64,000 bases of DNA from the human T2T-CHM13v2.0 reference genome, Homo sapiens. Location of the stretch: NCBI RefSeq assembly GCF_009914755.1, contig NC_060925.1. One strand, given 5' to 3'. The notes under the pieces are model-generated. The model did no database searches, was not told the origin of the DNA, and saw nothing but the letters and a program-made list of their open reading frames with translations. Numbering within the stretch: position 1 is the stretch's first letter; every line of letters begins with the position of its first letter. A program made the translations under genes and the position numbers. This document shows positions 43,801-60,399 of this stretch, piece after piece.

Positions 43801-46191
43801 AATGGAATAATCATTGAACGGAATCGAATGGAATCATCATCGGATGGAAACGAATGGAATCATCATCGAATGGAAATGAAAGGAGTCATCATCTAATGGA
43901 ATTGCATGGAATCATCATAAAATGGAATCGAATGGAATCAACATCAAATGGAATCAAATGGAATCATTGAACGGAATTGAATGGAATCGTCATCGAATGA
44001 ATTGACTGCAATCATCGAATGGTCTCGAATGGAATCATCTTCAAATGGAATGGAATGGAATCATCGCATAGTATCGAATGGAATTATCATCGAATGGAAT
44101 CGAATGGAATCAACATCAAACGGAAAAAAACGGAATTATCGAATGGAATCGAAGAGAATCATCGAATGGACCCGAATGGAATCATCTAATGGAATGGAAT
44201 GGAATAATCCATGGACTCGAATGCAATCATCATCGAAAGGAATCAAATGGAATCATCGAATGAACTCGAATGGAATCATCATTGAATGGAATCGAATGGA
44301 ATCATCGAGTGGAATCGAATGGAATTATGATCAAATGGAATCGAATGTAATCATCATCAAATGGAATCAAAAATAACCATCATCAATTGGTATTGAATGG
44401 AATTGTCATCAAATGGAATTCAAAGGAATCATCATCAAATGGAACCGAATGGAATCCTCATTGAATGGAAATGAAAGGGGTCATCATCTAATGGAATCGC
44501 ATGGAATCATCATCAAATGGAATCGAATGGAATCATCATCAAATGGAATCTAATGGAATCATTGAACAGAATTGAATGGAATCATCATCGAATGAATTGA
44601 ATGCAATCATCGAATGGTCTCGAATGGAATCATCTTCTAATGGAAAGGAATGGAATCATCGCATAGAATCGAATGGAATTATCATCGAATGGAATCGAAT
44701 GGTATCAACACCAAACGGAAAAAAATGGAATTATCGAATGGAATCGAAGAGAATCTTCGAACGGACCCGAATGGAATCATCTAATGGAATGGAATGGAAT
44801 AATCCATGGACTCGAATGCAATCATCATCGAATGGAATCGAATGGAGTCATCGAATGGACTCGAATGCAATAATCATTGAACGGAATCGAATGGAATCAT
44901 CATCGGATGGAAACGAATGGAATCATCATCGAATGGAAATGAAAGGAGTCATCATCTAATGGAATTGCATGGAATCATCATAAAATGGAATCGAATGGAA
45001 TCAACATCAAATGGAATCAAATGGAATCATTGAACGGAATTGAATGGAATCGTCATCGAATGAATTGACTGCAATCATCGAATGGTCTCGAATGGAATCA
45101 TCTTCAAATGGAATGGAATGGAATCATCGCATAGAATCGAATGGAATTATCATCGAATGGAATCGAATGGAATCAACATCAAACGGAAAAAAACAGAATT
45201 ATCGTATGGAATCTAAGAGAATCATCGAATGGACCCGAATGGAATCATCTAATGGAATGGAATGGAATAATCCATGGACTCGAATGCAATCATCATCGAA
45301 TGGAATCGAATGGAATCATCGAATGGACTCGAATGGAATAATCATTGAACGGAATCGAATGGAATCATCATCGGATGGAAATGAATGGAATCATCATCGA
45401 ATGGAATCGAATAGAATTATGGAATGAAATCCAGTGTGATCATCATCGAATGGACCCGAATGGAATCATCATCCAACGGAAGCTAATGGAATCAACATCG
45501 AATGAATCGAATGGAAACACCATCGAATTGAAACGAATGGAATTATCATGAAATTGAAATGGATGGACACATCATCGAATGGATTCGAATGGAGTCATCG
45601 AATAAAATTGATTGAAATCATCATCAAATGGAATCGAATGGTATCATTGAATGGAATCGAATGGAATCATCATCAGATGGAAATGAATGGAATCGTCATA
45701 GAATGGAATCGAATGGATTCATTGAATGGAATCAGATGGAATCATCGAATGGACTGGAATGGAATCATTGAATGGACTCGAAAGGGATCATTATTGAATG
45801 GAATTGAATGGAATCATCGAATGGTCTCGATTGGAATCATTATCAAATGGAATCGAATGGAATCACCGAATAGAATCGAATGGAACAATCATCGAATGGA
45901 CTCAAATGGAATTAACCTCCAATGGAATCGAATGGAATTATCGAATGCAATCGAATGGAATTATCGAATGCAATCGAATAGAATCATCGAATGGACTCGA
46001 ATGGAATCATCGAATGGAATGGAATGGAACAGTCAATGAACTCGAATGGAATCATCATTGAATGGAATCGAATGGAATCATCGAGTGGAATCGAATGGAA
46101 TTATGATCAAATGGAATCGAATGTAATCATCATCAAATGGAATCAAAAATAACCATCATCAATTGGTATTGAATGGAATTGTCATCAAATG
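34836..46191 (+). repeat. Local higher-order repeat: 4 x 2,839 bp (1,063-bp short unit + 1,776-bp full unit)
   Basis: Landmarks at 34996, 36059, 37835, 38898, 40674, 41737, 43513, 44576, 46352 alternate +1063/+1776. Identical deletion junctions at 35742, 38581, 41420, 44259. Confidence 0.95.
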
Positions 46192-49100
46192 GAATTCAAA
46201 GGAATCATCATCAAATGGAACCGAATGGAATCCTCATTGAATGGAAATGAAAGGGGTCATCATCTAATGGAATCGCATGGAATCATCATCAAATGGAATC
46301 GAATGGAATCATCATCAAATGGAATCTAATGGAATCATTGAACAGAATTGAATGGAATCGTCATCGAATGAATTGAATGCAATCATCGAATGGTCTCGAA
46401 TGGAATCATCTTCTAATGGAAAGGAATGGAATCATCGCATAGAATCGAATGGAATTATCATCGAATGGAATCGAATGGTATCAACACCAAACGGAAAAAA
46501 ACGGAATTATCGAATGGAATCGAAGAGAATCTTCGAACGGACACGAATGGAATCATCTAATGGAATGGAATGGAATAATCCATGGACTCGAATGCAATCA
46601 TCATCGAATGGAATGGAATGGAATCATCGAATGGACTCGAATGGAATAATCATTGAACGGAATCGAATGGAATCATCATCGGATGGAAACGAATGGAATC
46701 ATCATCGAATGGAAATGAAAGGAGTCATCATCTAATGGAATTGCATGGAATCATCATCAAATGGAATCGAATGGAATCAACATCAAATGGAATCAAATGG
46801 AATCATTGAACGGAATTGAATGGAATCGTCATCGAATGAATTGACTGCAATCATCGAATGGTCTCGAATGGAATCATCTTCAAATGGAATGGAATGGAAT
46901 CATCGCATAGAATCGAATGGAATTATCATCGAATGGAATCGAATGGAATCAACATCAAACGGAAAAAAACGGAATTATCGAATGGAATCGAAGAGAATCA
47001 TCGAATGGACCCGAATGGAATCATCTAATGGAATGGAATGGAATAATCCATGGACTCGAATGCAATCATCATCGAATGGAATCGAATGGAATCATCGAAT
47101 GGACCCGAATGGAATAATCATTGAACGGAATCGAATGGAATCATCATCGGATGGAAATGAATGGAATCATCATCGAATGGAATCGAATAGAATTATGGAA
47201 TGAAATCCAGTGTGATCATCATCGAATGGACCCGAATGGAATCATCATCCAACGGAAGCTAATGGAATCAACATCGAATGAATCGAATGGAAACACCATC
47301 GAATTGAAACGAATGGAATTATCATGAAATTGAAATGGATGGACTCATCATCGAATGGATTCGAATGGAATCATCGAATAAAATTGATTGAAATCATCAT
47401 CCAATGGAATCGAATGGTGTCATTGAATGGAATCCAATGGAATCATCATCAGATGGAAATGAATGGAATCGTCATAGAATGTAATCGAATGGATTCATTG
47501 AAAGGAATCAGATGGAATCATCGAATGGACTGGAATGGAATCATTGAATGGACTCGAAAGGGATCATGATTGAATGGAATTGAATGGAATCATCGAATGG
47601 TCTCGATTGGAATCATTATCAAATGGAATCGAATGGAATCACCGAATAGAATCGAATGGAACAATCATCGAATGGACTCAAATGGAATTATCCTCAAATG
47701 GAATCGAATGGAATTATCGAATGCAATCGAATGGAATTATCGAATGCAATCGAATAGAATCATCAAAAGGACTCGAATGGAATCATCGAATGGAATGGAA
47801 TGGAACAGTCAATGAACTCGAATGGAATCATCATTGAATGGAATCGAATGGAATCATCGAGTGGAATCGAATGGAATTATGATCAAATGGAATCGAATGT
47901 AATCATCATCAAATGGAATCAAAAATAACCATCATCAATTGGTATTGAATGGAATTGTCATCAAATGGAATTCAAAGGAATCATCATCAAATGGAACCGA
48001 ATGGAATCCTCATTGAATGGAAATGAAAGAGGTCATCATCTAATGGAATCGCATGGAATCATCATCAAATGGAATCGAATGGAATCATCATCAAATGGAA
48101 TCTAATGGAATCATTGAACAGAATTGAATGGAATCGTCATCGAATGAATTGAATGCAATCATCGAATGGTCTCGAATGGAATCATCTTCTAATGGAAAGG
48201 AATGGAATCATCGCATAGAATCGAATGGAATTATCATCGAATGGAATCGAATGGTATCAACACCAAACGGAAAAAAACGGAATTATCGAATGGAATCGAA
48301 GAGAATCTTCGAACGGACCCGAATGGAATCATCTAATGGAATGGAATGGAATAATCCATGGACTCGAATGCAATCATCATCGAATGGAATCGAATGGAAT
48401 CTTCGAATGGACTCGAATGGAATAATCATTGAACGGAATCGAATGGAATCATCATCGGATGGAAACGAATGGAATCATCATCGAATGGAAATGAAAGGAG
48501 TCATCATCTAATGGAATTGCATGGAATCATCATAAAATGGAATCGAATGGAATCAACATCAAATGGAATCAAATGGAATCATTGAACGGAATTGAATGGA
48601 ATCGTCATCGAATGAATTGACTGCAATCATCCAATGGTCTCGAATGGAATCATCTTCAAATGGAATGGAATGGAATCATCGCATAGAATCGAATGGAATT
48701 ATCATCGAATGGAATCGAATGGAATCAACATCAAACGGAAAAAAACGGAATTATCGAATGGAATCGAAGAGAATCATCGAATGGACCCGAATGGAATCAT
48801 CTAATGGAATGGAATGGAATAATCCATGGACTCGAATGCAATCATCATCGAATGGAATCGAATGGAATCATCGAATGGACTCGAATGGAATAATCATTGA
48901 ACGGAATCGAAAGGAATCATCATCGGATGGAAATGAATGGAATCATCATCGAATGGAATCGAATAGAATTATGGAATGAAATCCAGTGTGATCATCATCG
49001 AATGGACCCGAATGGAATCATCATCCAACGGAAGCTAATGGAATCAACATCGAATGAATCGAATGGAAACACCATCGAATTGAAACGAATGGAATTATCA

Positions 49101-52100
49101 TGAAATTGAAATGGATGGACTCATCATCGAATGGATTCGAATGGAATCATCGAATAAAATTGATTGAAATCATCATCCAATGGAATCGAATGGTATCATT
49201 GAATGGAATCGAATGGAATCATCATCAGATGGAAATGAATGGAATCGTCATAGAATGGAATCGAATGGATTCATTGAATGGAATCAGATGGAATCATCGA
49301 ATGGACTGGAATGGAATCATTGAATGGACTCGAAAGGGATCATTATTGAATGGAATTGAATGGAATCATCGAATGGTCTCGATTGGAATCATTATCAAAT
49401 GGAATCGAATGGAATCACCGAATAGAATCGAATGGAACAATCATCGAATGGACTCAAATGGAATTAACCTCCAATGGAATCGAATGGAATTATCGAATGC
49501 AATCGAATGGAATTATCGAATGCAATCGAATAGAATCATCGAATGGACTCGAATGGAATCATCGAATGGAATGGAATGGAACAGTCAATGAACTCGAATG
49601 GAATCATCATTGAATGGAATCGAATGGAATCATCGAGTGGAATCGAATGGAATTATGATCAAATGGAATCGAATGTAATCATCATCAAATGGAATCAAAA
49701 ATAACCATCATCAATTGGTATTGAATGGAATTGTCATCAAATGGAATTCAAAGGAATCATCATCAAATGGAACCGAATGGAATCCTCATTGAATGGAAAT
49801 GAAAGGGGTCATCATCTAATGGAATCGCATGGAATCATCATCAAATGGAATCGAATGGAATCATCATCAAATGGAATCTAATGGAATCATTGAACAGAAT
49901 TGAATGGAATCGTCATCGAATGAATTGAATGCAATCATCGAATGGTCTCGAATGGAATCATCTTCTAATGGAAAGGAATGGAATCATCGCATAGAATCGA
50001 ATGGAATTATCATCGAATGGAATCGAATGGTATCAACACCAAACGGAAAAAAACGGAATTATCGAATGGAATCGAAGAGAATCTTCGAACGGACCCGAAT
50101 GGAATCATCTAATGGAATGGAATGGAATAATCCATGGACTCGAATGCAATCATCATCGAATGGAATGGAATGGAATCTTCGAATGGACTCGAATGGAATA
50201 ATCATTGAACGGAATCGAATGGAATCATCATCGGATGGAAACGAATGGAATCATCATCGAATGGAAATGAAAGGAGTCATCATCTAATGGAATTGCATGG
50301 AATCATAATAAAATGGAATCGAATGGAATCAACATCAAATGGAATCAAATGGAATCATTGAACGGAATTGAATGGAATCGTCATCGAATGAATTGACTGC
50401 AATCATCCAATGGTCTCGAATGGAATCATCTTCAAATGGAATGGAATGGAATCATCGCATAGAATCGAATGGAATTATCATCGAATGGAATCGAATGGAA
50501 TCAACATCAAACGGAAAAAAACGGAATTATCGAATGGAATCGAAGAGAATCATCGAATGGACCCGAATGGAATCATCTAATGGAATGGAATGGAATAATC
50601 CATGGACTCGAATGCAATCATCATCGAATGGAATCGAATGGAATCATCGAATGGACTCGAATGGAATAATCATTGAACGGAATCGAAAGGAATCATCATC
50701 GGATGGAAATGAATGGAATCATCATCGAATGGAATCGAATAGAATTATGGAATGAAATCCAGTGTGATCATCATCGAATGGACCCGAATGGAATCATCAT
50801 CCAACGGAAGCTAATGGAATCAACATCGAATGAATCGAATGGAAACACCATCGAATTGAAACGAATGGAATTATCATGAAATTGAAATGGATGGACTCAT
50901 CATCGAATGGATTCGAATGGAATCATCGAATAAAATTGATTGAAATCATCATCCAATGGAATCGAATGGTGTCATTGAATGGAATCGAATGGAATCATCA
51001 TCAGATGGAAATGAATGGAATCGTCATAGAATGGAATCGAATGGATTCATTGAATGGAATCAGATGGAATCATCGAATGGACTGGAATGGAATCATTGAA
51101 TGGACTCGAAAGGGATCATGATTGAATGGAATTGAATGGAATCATCGAATGGTCTCGATTGGAATCATTATCAAATGGAATCGAATGGAATCACCGAATA
51201 GAATCGAATGGAACAATCATCGAATGGACTCAAATGGAATTATCCTCCAATGGAATCGAATGGAATTATCGAATGCAATCGAATGGAATTATCGAATGCA
51301 ATCGAATAGAATCATCGAAAGGACTCGAATGGAATCATCGAATGGAATGGAATGGAACAGTCAATGAACTCGAATGGAATCATCATTGAATGGAATCGAA
51401 TGGAATCATCGAGTGGAATCGAATGGAATTATGATCAAATGGAATCGAATGTAATCATCATCAAATGGAATCAAAAATAACCATCATCAATTGGTATTGA
51501 ATGGAATTGTCATCAAATGGAATTCAAAGGAATCATCATCAAATGGAACCGAATGGAATCCTCATTGAATGGAAATGAAAGGGGTCATCATCTAATGGAA
51601 TCGCATGGAATCATCATCAAATGGAATCGAATGGAATCATCATCAAATGGAATCTAATGGAATCATTGAACAGAATTGAATGGAATCGTCATCGAATGAA
51701 TTGAATGCAATCATCGAATGGTCTCGAATGGAATCATCTTCTAATGGAAAGGAATGGAATCATCGCATAGAATCGAATGGAATTATCATCGAATGGAATC
51801 GAATGGTATCAACACCAAACGGAAAAAAACGGAATTATCGAATGGAATCGAAGAGAATCTTCGAACGGACCCGAATGGAATCATCTAATGGAATGGAATG
51901 GAATAATCCATGGACTCGAATGCAATCATCATCGAATGGAATGGAATGGAATCTTCGAATGGACTCGAATGGAATAATCATTGAACGGAATCGAATGGAA
52001 TCATCATCGGATGGAAACGAATGGAATCATCATCGAATGGAAATGAAAGGAGTCATCATCTAATGGAATTGCATGGAATCATAATAAAATGGAATCGAAT

Positions 52101-55100
52101 GGAATCAACATCAAATGGAATCAAATGGAATCATTGAACGGAATTGAATGGAATCGTCATCGAATGAATTGACTGCAATCATCCAATGGTCTCGAATGGA
52201 ATCATCTTCAAATGGAATGGAATGGAATCATCGCATAGAATCGAATGGAATTATCATCGAATGGAATCGAATGGAATCAACATCAAACGGAAAAAAACGG
52301 AATTATCGAATGGAATCGAAGAGAATCATCGAATGGACCCGAATGGAATCATCTAATGGAATGGAATGGAATAATCCATGGACTCGAATGCAATCATCAT
52401 CGAATGGAATCGAATGGAATCATCGAATGGACTCGAATGGAATAATCATTGAACGGAATCGAAAGGAATCATCATCGGATGGAAATGAATGGAATCATCA
52501 TCGAATGGAATCGAATAGAATTATGGAATGAAATCCAGTGTGATCATCATCGAATGGACCCGAATGGAATCATCATCCAACGGAAGCTAATGGAATCAAC
52601 ATCGAATGAATCGAATGGAAACACCATCGAATTGAAACGAATGGAATTATCATGAAATTGAAATGGATGGACTCATCATCGAATGGATTCGAATGGAATC
52701 ATCGAATAAAATTGATTGAAATCATCATCCAATGGAATCGAATGGTATCATTGAATGGAATCGAATGGAATCATCATCAGATGGAAATGAATGGAATCGT
52801 CATAGAATGGAATCGAATGGATTCATTGAATGGAATCAGATGGAATCATCGAATGGACTGGAATGGAATCATTGAATGGACTCGAAAGGGATCATGATTG
52901 AATGGAATTGAATGGAATCATCGAATGGTCTCGATTGGAATCATTATCAAATGGAATCGAATGGAATCACCGAATAGAATCGAATGGAACAATCATCGAA
53001 TGGACTCAAATGGAATTATCCTCCAATGGAATCGAATGGAATTATCGAATGCAATCGAATGGAATTATCGAATGCAATCGAATAGAATCATCGAAAGGAC
53101 TCGAATGGAATCATCGAATGGAATGGAATGGAACAGTCAATGAACTCGAATGGAATCATCATTGAATGGAATCGAATGGAATCATCGAGTGGAATCGAAT
53201 GGAATTATGATCAAATGGAATCGAATGTAATCATCATCAAATGGAATCAAAAATAACCATCATCAATTGGTATTGAATGGAATTGTCATCAAATGGAATT
53301 CAAAGGAATCATCATCAAATGGAACCGAATGGAATCCTCATTGAATGGAAATGAAAGGGGTCATCATCTAATGGAATCGCATGGAATCATCATCAAATGG
53401 AATCGAATGGAATCATCATCAAATGGAATCTAATGGAATCATTGAACAGAATTGAATGGAATCGTCATCGAATGAATTGAATGCAATCATCGAATGGTCT
53501 CGAATGGAATCATCTTCTAATGGAAAGGAATGGAATCATCGCATAGAATCGAATGGAATTATCATCGAATGGAATCGAATGGTATCAACACCAAACGGAA
53601 AAAAACGGAATTATCGAATGGAATCGAAGAGAATCTTCGAACGGACCCGAATGGAATCATCTAATGGAATGGAATGGAATAATCCATGGACTCGAATGCA
53701 ATCATCATCGAATGGAATGGAATGGAATCATCGAATGGACTCGAATGGAATAATCATTGAACGGAATCGAATGGAATCATCATCGGATGGAAACGAATGG
53801 AATCATCATCGAATGGAAATGAAAGGAGTCATCATCTAATGGAATTGCATGGAATCATCATAAAATGGAATCGAATGGAATCAACATCAAATGGAATCAA
53901 ATGGAATCATTGAACGGAATTGAATGGAATCGTCATCGAATGAATTGACTGCAATCATCGAATGTTCTCGAATGGAATCATCTTCAAATGGAATGGAATG
54001 GAATCATCGCATAGAATCGAATGGAATTATCATCGAATGGAATAGAATGGAATCAACATCAAACGGAAAAAAACGGAATTATCGTATGGAATCGAAGAGA
54101 ATCATCAAATGGACCCGAATGGAATCATCTAATGGAATGGAATGGAATAATCCATGGACTCGAATGCAATCATCATCGAATGAAATCGAATGGAATCATC
54201 GAATGGACTCAAATGGAATAATCATTGAACGGAATCGAATGGAATCATCATCGGATGGAAATGAATGGAATCATCATCGAATGGAATCGAATAGAATTAT
54301 GGAATGAAATCCAGTGTGATCATCATCGAATGGACCCGAATGGAATCATCATCCAACGGAAGCTAATGGAATCAACATCGAATGAATCGAATGGAAACAC
54401 CATCGAATTGAAACGAATGGAATTATCATGAAATTGAAATGGATGGACTCATCATCGAATGGATTCGAATGGAATCATCGAATAAAATTGATTGAAATCA
54501 TCATCCAATGGAATCGAATGGTATCATTGAATGGAATCGAATGGAATCATCATCAGATGGAAATGAATGGAATCGTCATAGAATGGAATCGAATGGATTC
54601 ATTGAATGGAATCAGATGGAATCATCGAATGGACTGGAATGGAATCATTGAATGGACTCGAAAGGGATCATTATTGAATGGAATTGAATGGAATCATCGA
54701 ATGGTCTCGATTGGAATCATTACCAAATGGAATCCAATGGAATCACCGAATAGAATCGAATGGAACAATCATCGAATGGACTCAAATGGAATTATCCTCC
54801 AATGGAATCGAATGGAATTATCGAATGCAATCGAATGGAATTATCGAATGCAATCGAATAGAATCATCGAATGGACTCGAATGGAATCATCGAATGGAAT
54901 GGAATGGAACAGTCAATGAACTCGAATGGAATCATCATTGAATGGAATCGAATGGAATCATCGAGTGGAATCGAATGGAATTATGATCAAATGGAATCGA
55001 ATGTAATCATCATCAAATGGAATCAAAAATAACCATCATCAATTGGTATTGAATGGAATTGTCATCAAATGGAATTCAAAGGAATCATCATCAAATGGAA

Positions 55101-58100
55101 CCGAATGGAATCCTCATTGAATGGAAATGAAAGGGGTCATCATCTAATGGAATCGCATGGAATCATCATCAAATGGAATCGAATGGAATCATCATCAAAT
55201 GGAATCTAATGGAATCATTGAACAGAATTGAATGGAATCGTCATCGAATGAATTGAATGCAATCATCGAATGGTCTCGAATGGAATCATCTTCTAATGGA
55301 AAGGAATGGAATCATCGCATAGAATCGAATGGAATTATCATCGAATGGAATCGAATGGTATCAACACCAAACGGAAAAAAACGGAATTATCGAATGGAAT
55401 CGAAGAGAATCTTCGAACGGACCCGAATGGAATCATCTAATGGAATGGAATGGAATAATCCATGGACTCGAATGCAATCATCATCGAATGGAATCGAATG
55501 GAATCATCGAATGGACTCGAATGGAATAATCATTGAACGGAATCGAATGGAATCATCATCGGATGGAAACGAATGGAATCATCATCGAATGGAAATGAAA
55601 GGAGTCATCATCTAATGGAATTGCATGGAATCATCATAAAATGGAATCGAATGGAATCAACATCAAATGGAATCAAATGGAATCATTGAACGGAATTGAA
55701 TGGAATCGTCATCGAATGAATTGACTGCAATCATCCAATGGTCTCGAATGGAATCATCTTCAAATGGAATGGAATGGAATCATCGCATAGAATCGAATGG
55801 AATTATCATCGAATGGAATCGAATGGAATCAACATCAAACGGAAAAAAACGGAATTATCGAATGGAATCGAAGAGAATCATCGAATGGACCCGAATGGAA
55901 TCATCTAATGGAATGGAATGGAATAATCCATGGACTCGAATGCAATCATCATCGAATGAAATCGAATGGAATCATCGAATGGACTCGAATGGAATAATCA
56001 TTGAACGGAATCGAATGGAATCATCATCGGATGGAAATGAATGGAATCATCATCGAATGGAATCGAATAGAATTATGGAATGAAATCCAGTGTGATCATC
56101 ATCGAATGGACCCGAATGGAATCATCATCCAACGGAAGCTAATGGAACCAACATCGAATGAATCGAATGGAAACACCATCGAATTGAAACGAATGGAATT
56201 ATCATGAAATTGAAATGGATGGACTCATCATCGAATGGATTCGAATGGAATCATCGAATAAAATTGATTGAAATCATCATCGAATGGAATCGAATGGTAT
56301 CATTGAATGGAATCGAATGGAATCATCATCAGATGGAAATGAATGGAATCGTCATAGAATGGAATCGAATGGATTCATTGAATGGAATCAGCTGGAATCA
56401 TCGAATGGACTGGAATGGAATCATTGAATGGACTCGAAAGGGATCATGATTGAATGGAATTGAATGGAATCATCGAATGGTCTCGATTGGAATCATTACC
56501 AAATGGAATCGAATGGAATCACCGAATAGAATCGAATGGAACAATCATCGAATGGACTCAAATGGAATTATCCTCCAATGGAATCGAATGGAATTATCGA
56601 ATGCAATCGAATGGAATTATCGAATGCAATCGAATAGAATCATCGAATGGACTCGAATGGAATCATCGAATGGAATGGAATGGAACAGTCAATGAACTCG
56701 AATGGAATCATCATTGAATGGAATCGAATGGAATCATCGAGTGGAATCGAATGGAATTATGATCAAATGGAATCGAATGTAATCATCATCAAATGGAATC
56801 AAAAATAACCATCATCAATTGGTATTGAATGGAATTGTCATCAAATGGAATTCAAAGGAATCATCATCAAATGGAACCGAATGGAATCCTCATTGAATGG
56901 AAATGAAAGGGGTCATCATCTAATGGAATCGCATGGAATCATCATCAAATGGAATCGAATGGAATCATCATCAAATGGAATCTAATGGAATCATTGAACA
57001 GAATTGAATGGAATCGTCATCGAATGAATTGAATGCAATCATCGAATGGTCTCGAATGGAATCATCTTCTAATGGAAAGGAATGGAATCATCGCATAGAA
57101 TCGAATGGAATTATCATCGAATGGAATCGAATGGTATCAACACCAAACGGAAAAAAACGGAATTATCGAATGGAATCGAAGAGAATCTTCGAACGGACCC
57201 GAATGGAATCATCTAATGGAATGGAATGGAATAATCCATGGACTCGAATGCAATCATCATCGAATGGAATGTAATGGAGTCATCGAATGGACTCGAATGG
57301 AATAATCATTGAACGGAATCGAATGGAATCATCATCGGATGGAAACGAATGGAATCATCATCGAATGGAAATGAAAGGAGTCATCATCTAATGGAATTGC
57401 ATGGAATCATCATAAAATGGAATCGAATGGAATCAACATCAAATGGAATCAAATGGAATCATTGAACGGAATTGAATGGAATCGTCATCGAATGAATTGA
57501 CTGCAATCATCGAATGGTCTCGAATGGAATCATCTTCAAATGGAATGGAATGGAATCATCGCATAGAATCGAATGGAATTATCATCGAATGGAATCGAAT
57601 GGAATCAACATCAAACGGAAAAAAACGGAATTATCGAATGGAATCGAAGAGAATCATCGAATGGACCCGAATGGAATCATCTAATGGAATGGAATGGAAT
57701 AATCCATGGACTCGAATGCAATCATCATCGAATGGAATCGAATGGAATCATCGAATGGACTCGAATGGAATAATCATTGAACGGAATCGAATGGAATCAT
57801 CATCGGATGGAAATGAATGGAATCATCATCGAATGGAATCGAATAGAATTATGGAATGAAATCCAGTGTGATCATCATCGAATGGACCCAAATGGAATCA
57901 TCATCCAACGGAAGCTAATGGAATCAACATCGAATGAATCGAATGGAAACACCATCGAATTGAAACGAATGGAATTATCATGAAATTGAAATGGATGGAC
58001 TCATCATCGAATGGATTCGAATGGAATCATCGAATAAAATTAATTGAAATCATCATCCAATGGAATCGAATGGTATCATTGAATGGAATCGAATGGAATC

Positions 58101-60399
58101 ATCATCAGATGGAAATGAATGGAATCGTCATAGAATGGAATCGAATGGATTCATTGAATGGAATCAGATGGAATCATCGAATGGACTGGAATGGAATCAT
58201 TGAATGGACTCGAAAGGGATCATTATTGAATGGAATTGAATGGAATCATCGAATGGTCTCGATTGGAATCATTATCAAATGGAATCGAATGGAATCACCG
58301 AATAGAATCGAATGGAACAATCATCGAATGGACTCAAATGGAATTATCCTCCAATGGAATCGAATGGAATTATCGAATGCAATCGAATGGAATTATCGAA
58401 TGCAATCGAATAGAATCATCGAATGGACTCGAATGGAATCATCGAATGGAATGGAATGGAACAGTCAATGAACTCGAATGGAATCATCATTGAATGGAAT
58501 CGAATGGAATCATCGAGTGGAATCGAATGGAATTATGATCAAATGGAATCGAATGTAATCATCATCAAATGGAATCAAAAATAACCATCATCAATTGGTA
58601 TTGAATGGAATTGTCATCAAATGGAATTCAAAGGAATCATCATCAAATGGAACCGAATGGAATCCTCATTGAATGGAAATGAAAGGGGTCATCATCTAAT
58701 GGAATCGCATGGAATCATCATCAAATGGAATCGAATGGAATCATCATCAAATGGAATCTAATGGAATCATTGAACAGAAATGAATGGAATCGTCATCGAA
58801 TGAATTGAATGCAATCATCGAATGGTCTCGAATGGAATCATCTTCTAATGGAAAGGAATGGAATCATCGCATAGAATCGAATGGAATTATCATCGAATGG
58901 AATCGAATGGTATCAACACCAAACGGAAAAAAACGGAATTATCGAATGGAATCGAAGAGAATCTTCGAACGGACCCGAATGGAATCATCTAATGGAATGG
59001 AATGGAATAATCCATGGACTCGAATGCAATCATCATCGAATGGAATGGAATGGAATCATCGAATGGACTCGAATGGAATAATCATTGAACGGAATCGAAT
59101 GGAATCATCATCGGATGGAAACGAATGGAATCATCATCGAATGGAAATGAAAGGAGTCATCATCTAATGGAATTGCATGGAATCATCATAAAATGGAATC
59201 GAATGGAATCAACATCAAATGGAATCAAATGGAATCATTGAACGGAATTGAATGGAATCGTCATCGAATGAATTGACTGCAATCATCGAATGGTCTCGAA
59301 TGGAATCATCTTCAAATGGAATGGAATGGAATCATCGCATAGAATCGAATGGAATTATCATCGAATGGAATCGAATGGAATCAACATCAAACGGAAAAAA
59401 ACGGAATTATCGAATGGAATCGAAGAGAATCATCGAATGGACCCGAATGGAATCATCTAATGGAATGGAATGGAATAATCCATGGACTCGAATGCAATCA
59501 TCATCGAATGGAATCGAATGGAATCATCGAATGGACTCGAATGGAATAATCATTGAACGGAATCGAATGGAATCATCATCGGATGGAAATGAATGGAATC
59601 ATCATCGAATGGAATCGAATATAATTATGGAATGAAATCCAGTGTGATCATCATCGAATGGACCCGAATGGAATCATCATCCAACGGAAGCTAATGGAAT
59701 CAACATCGAATGAATCGAATGGAAACACCATCGAATTGAAACGAATGGAATTATCATGAAATTGAAATGGATGGACTCATCATCGAATGGATTCGAATGG
59801 AATCATCGAATAAAATTGATTGAAATCATCATCCAATGGAATCGAATGGTATCATTGAATGGAATCGAATGGAATCATCATCAGATGGAAATGAATGGAA
59901 TCGTCATAAAATGGAATCGAATGGATTCATTGAATGGAATCAGATGGAATCATCGAATGGACTGGAATGGAATCATTGAATGGACTCGAAAGGGATCATG
60001 ATTGAATGGAATTGAATGGAATCATCGAATGGTCTCGATTGGAATCATTATCAAATGGAATCGAATGGAATCACCGAATAGAATCGAATGGAACAATCAT
60101 CGAATGGACTCAAATGGAATTATCCTCCAATGGAATCGAATGGAATTATCGAATGCAATCGAATGGAATTATCGAATGCAATCGAATAGAATCATCGAAT
60201 GGACTCGAATGGAATCATCAAATGGAATGGAATGGAACAGTCAATGAACTCGAATGGAATCATCATTGAATGGAATCGAATGGAATCATCGAGTGGAATC
60301 GAATGGAATTATGATCAAATGGAATCGAATGTAATCCTCATCAAATGGAATCAAAAATAACCATCATCAATTGGTATTGAATGGAATTGTCATCAAATG

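Noticed and set aside
27400-46191. Assembly artefact explanation for the 4,589-bp and 2,839-bp repeats
   Set aside because: The copies differ by multiple private SNPs, unlike falsely duplicated sequence. Read-level confirmation is still needed.
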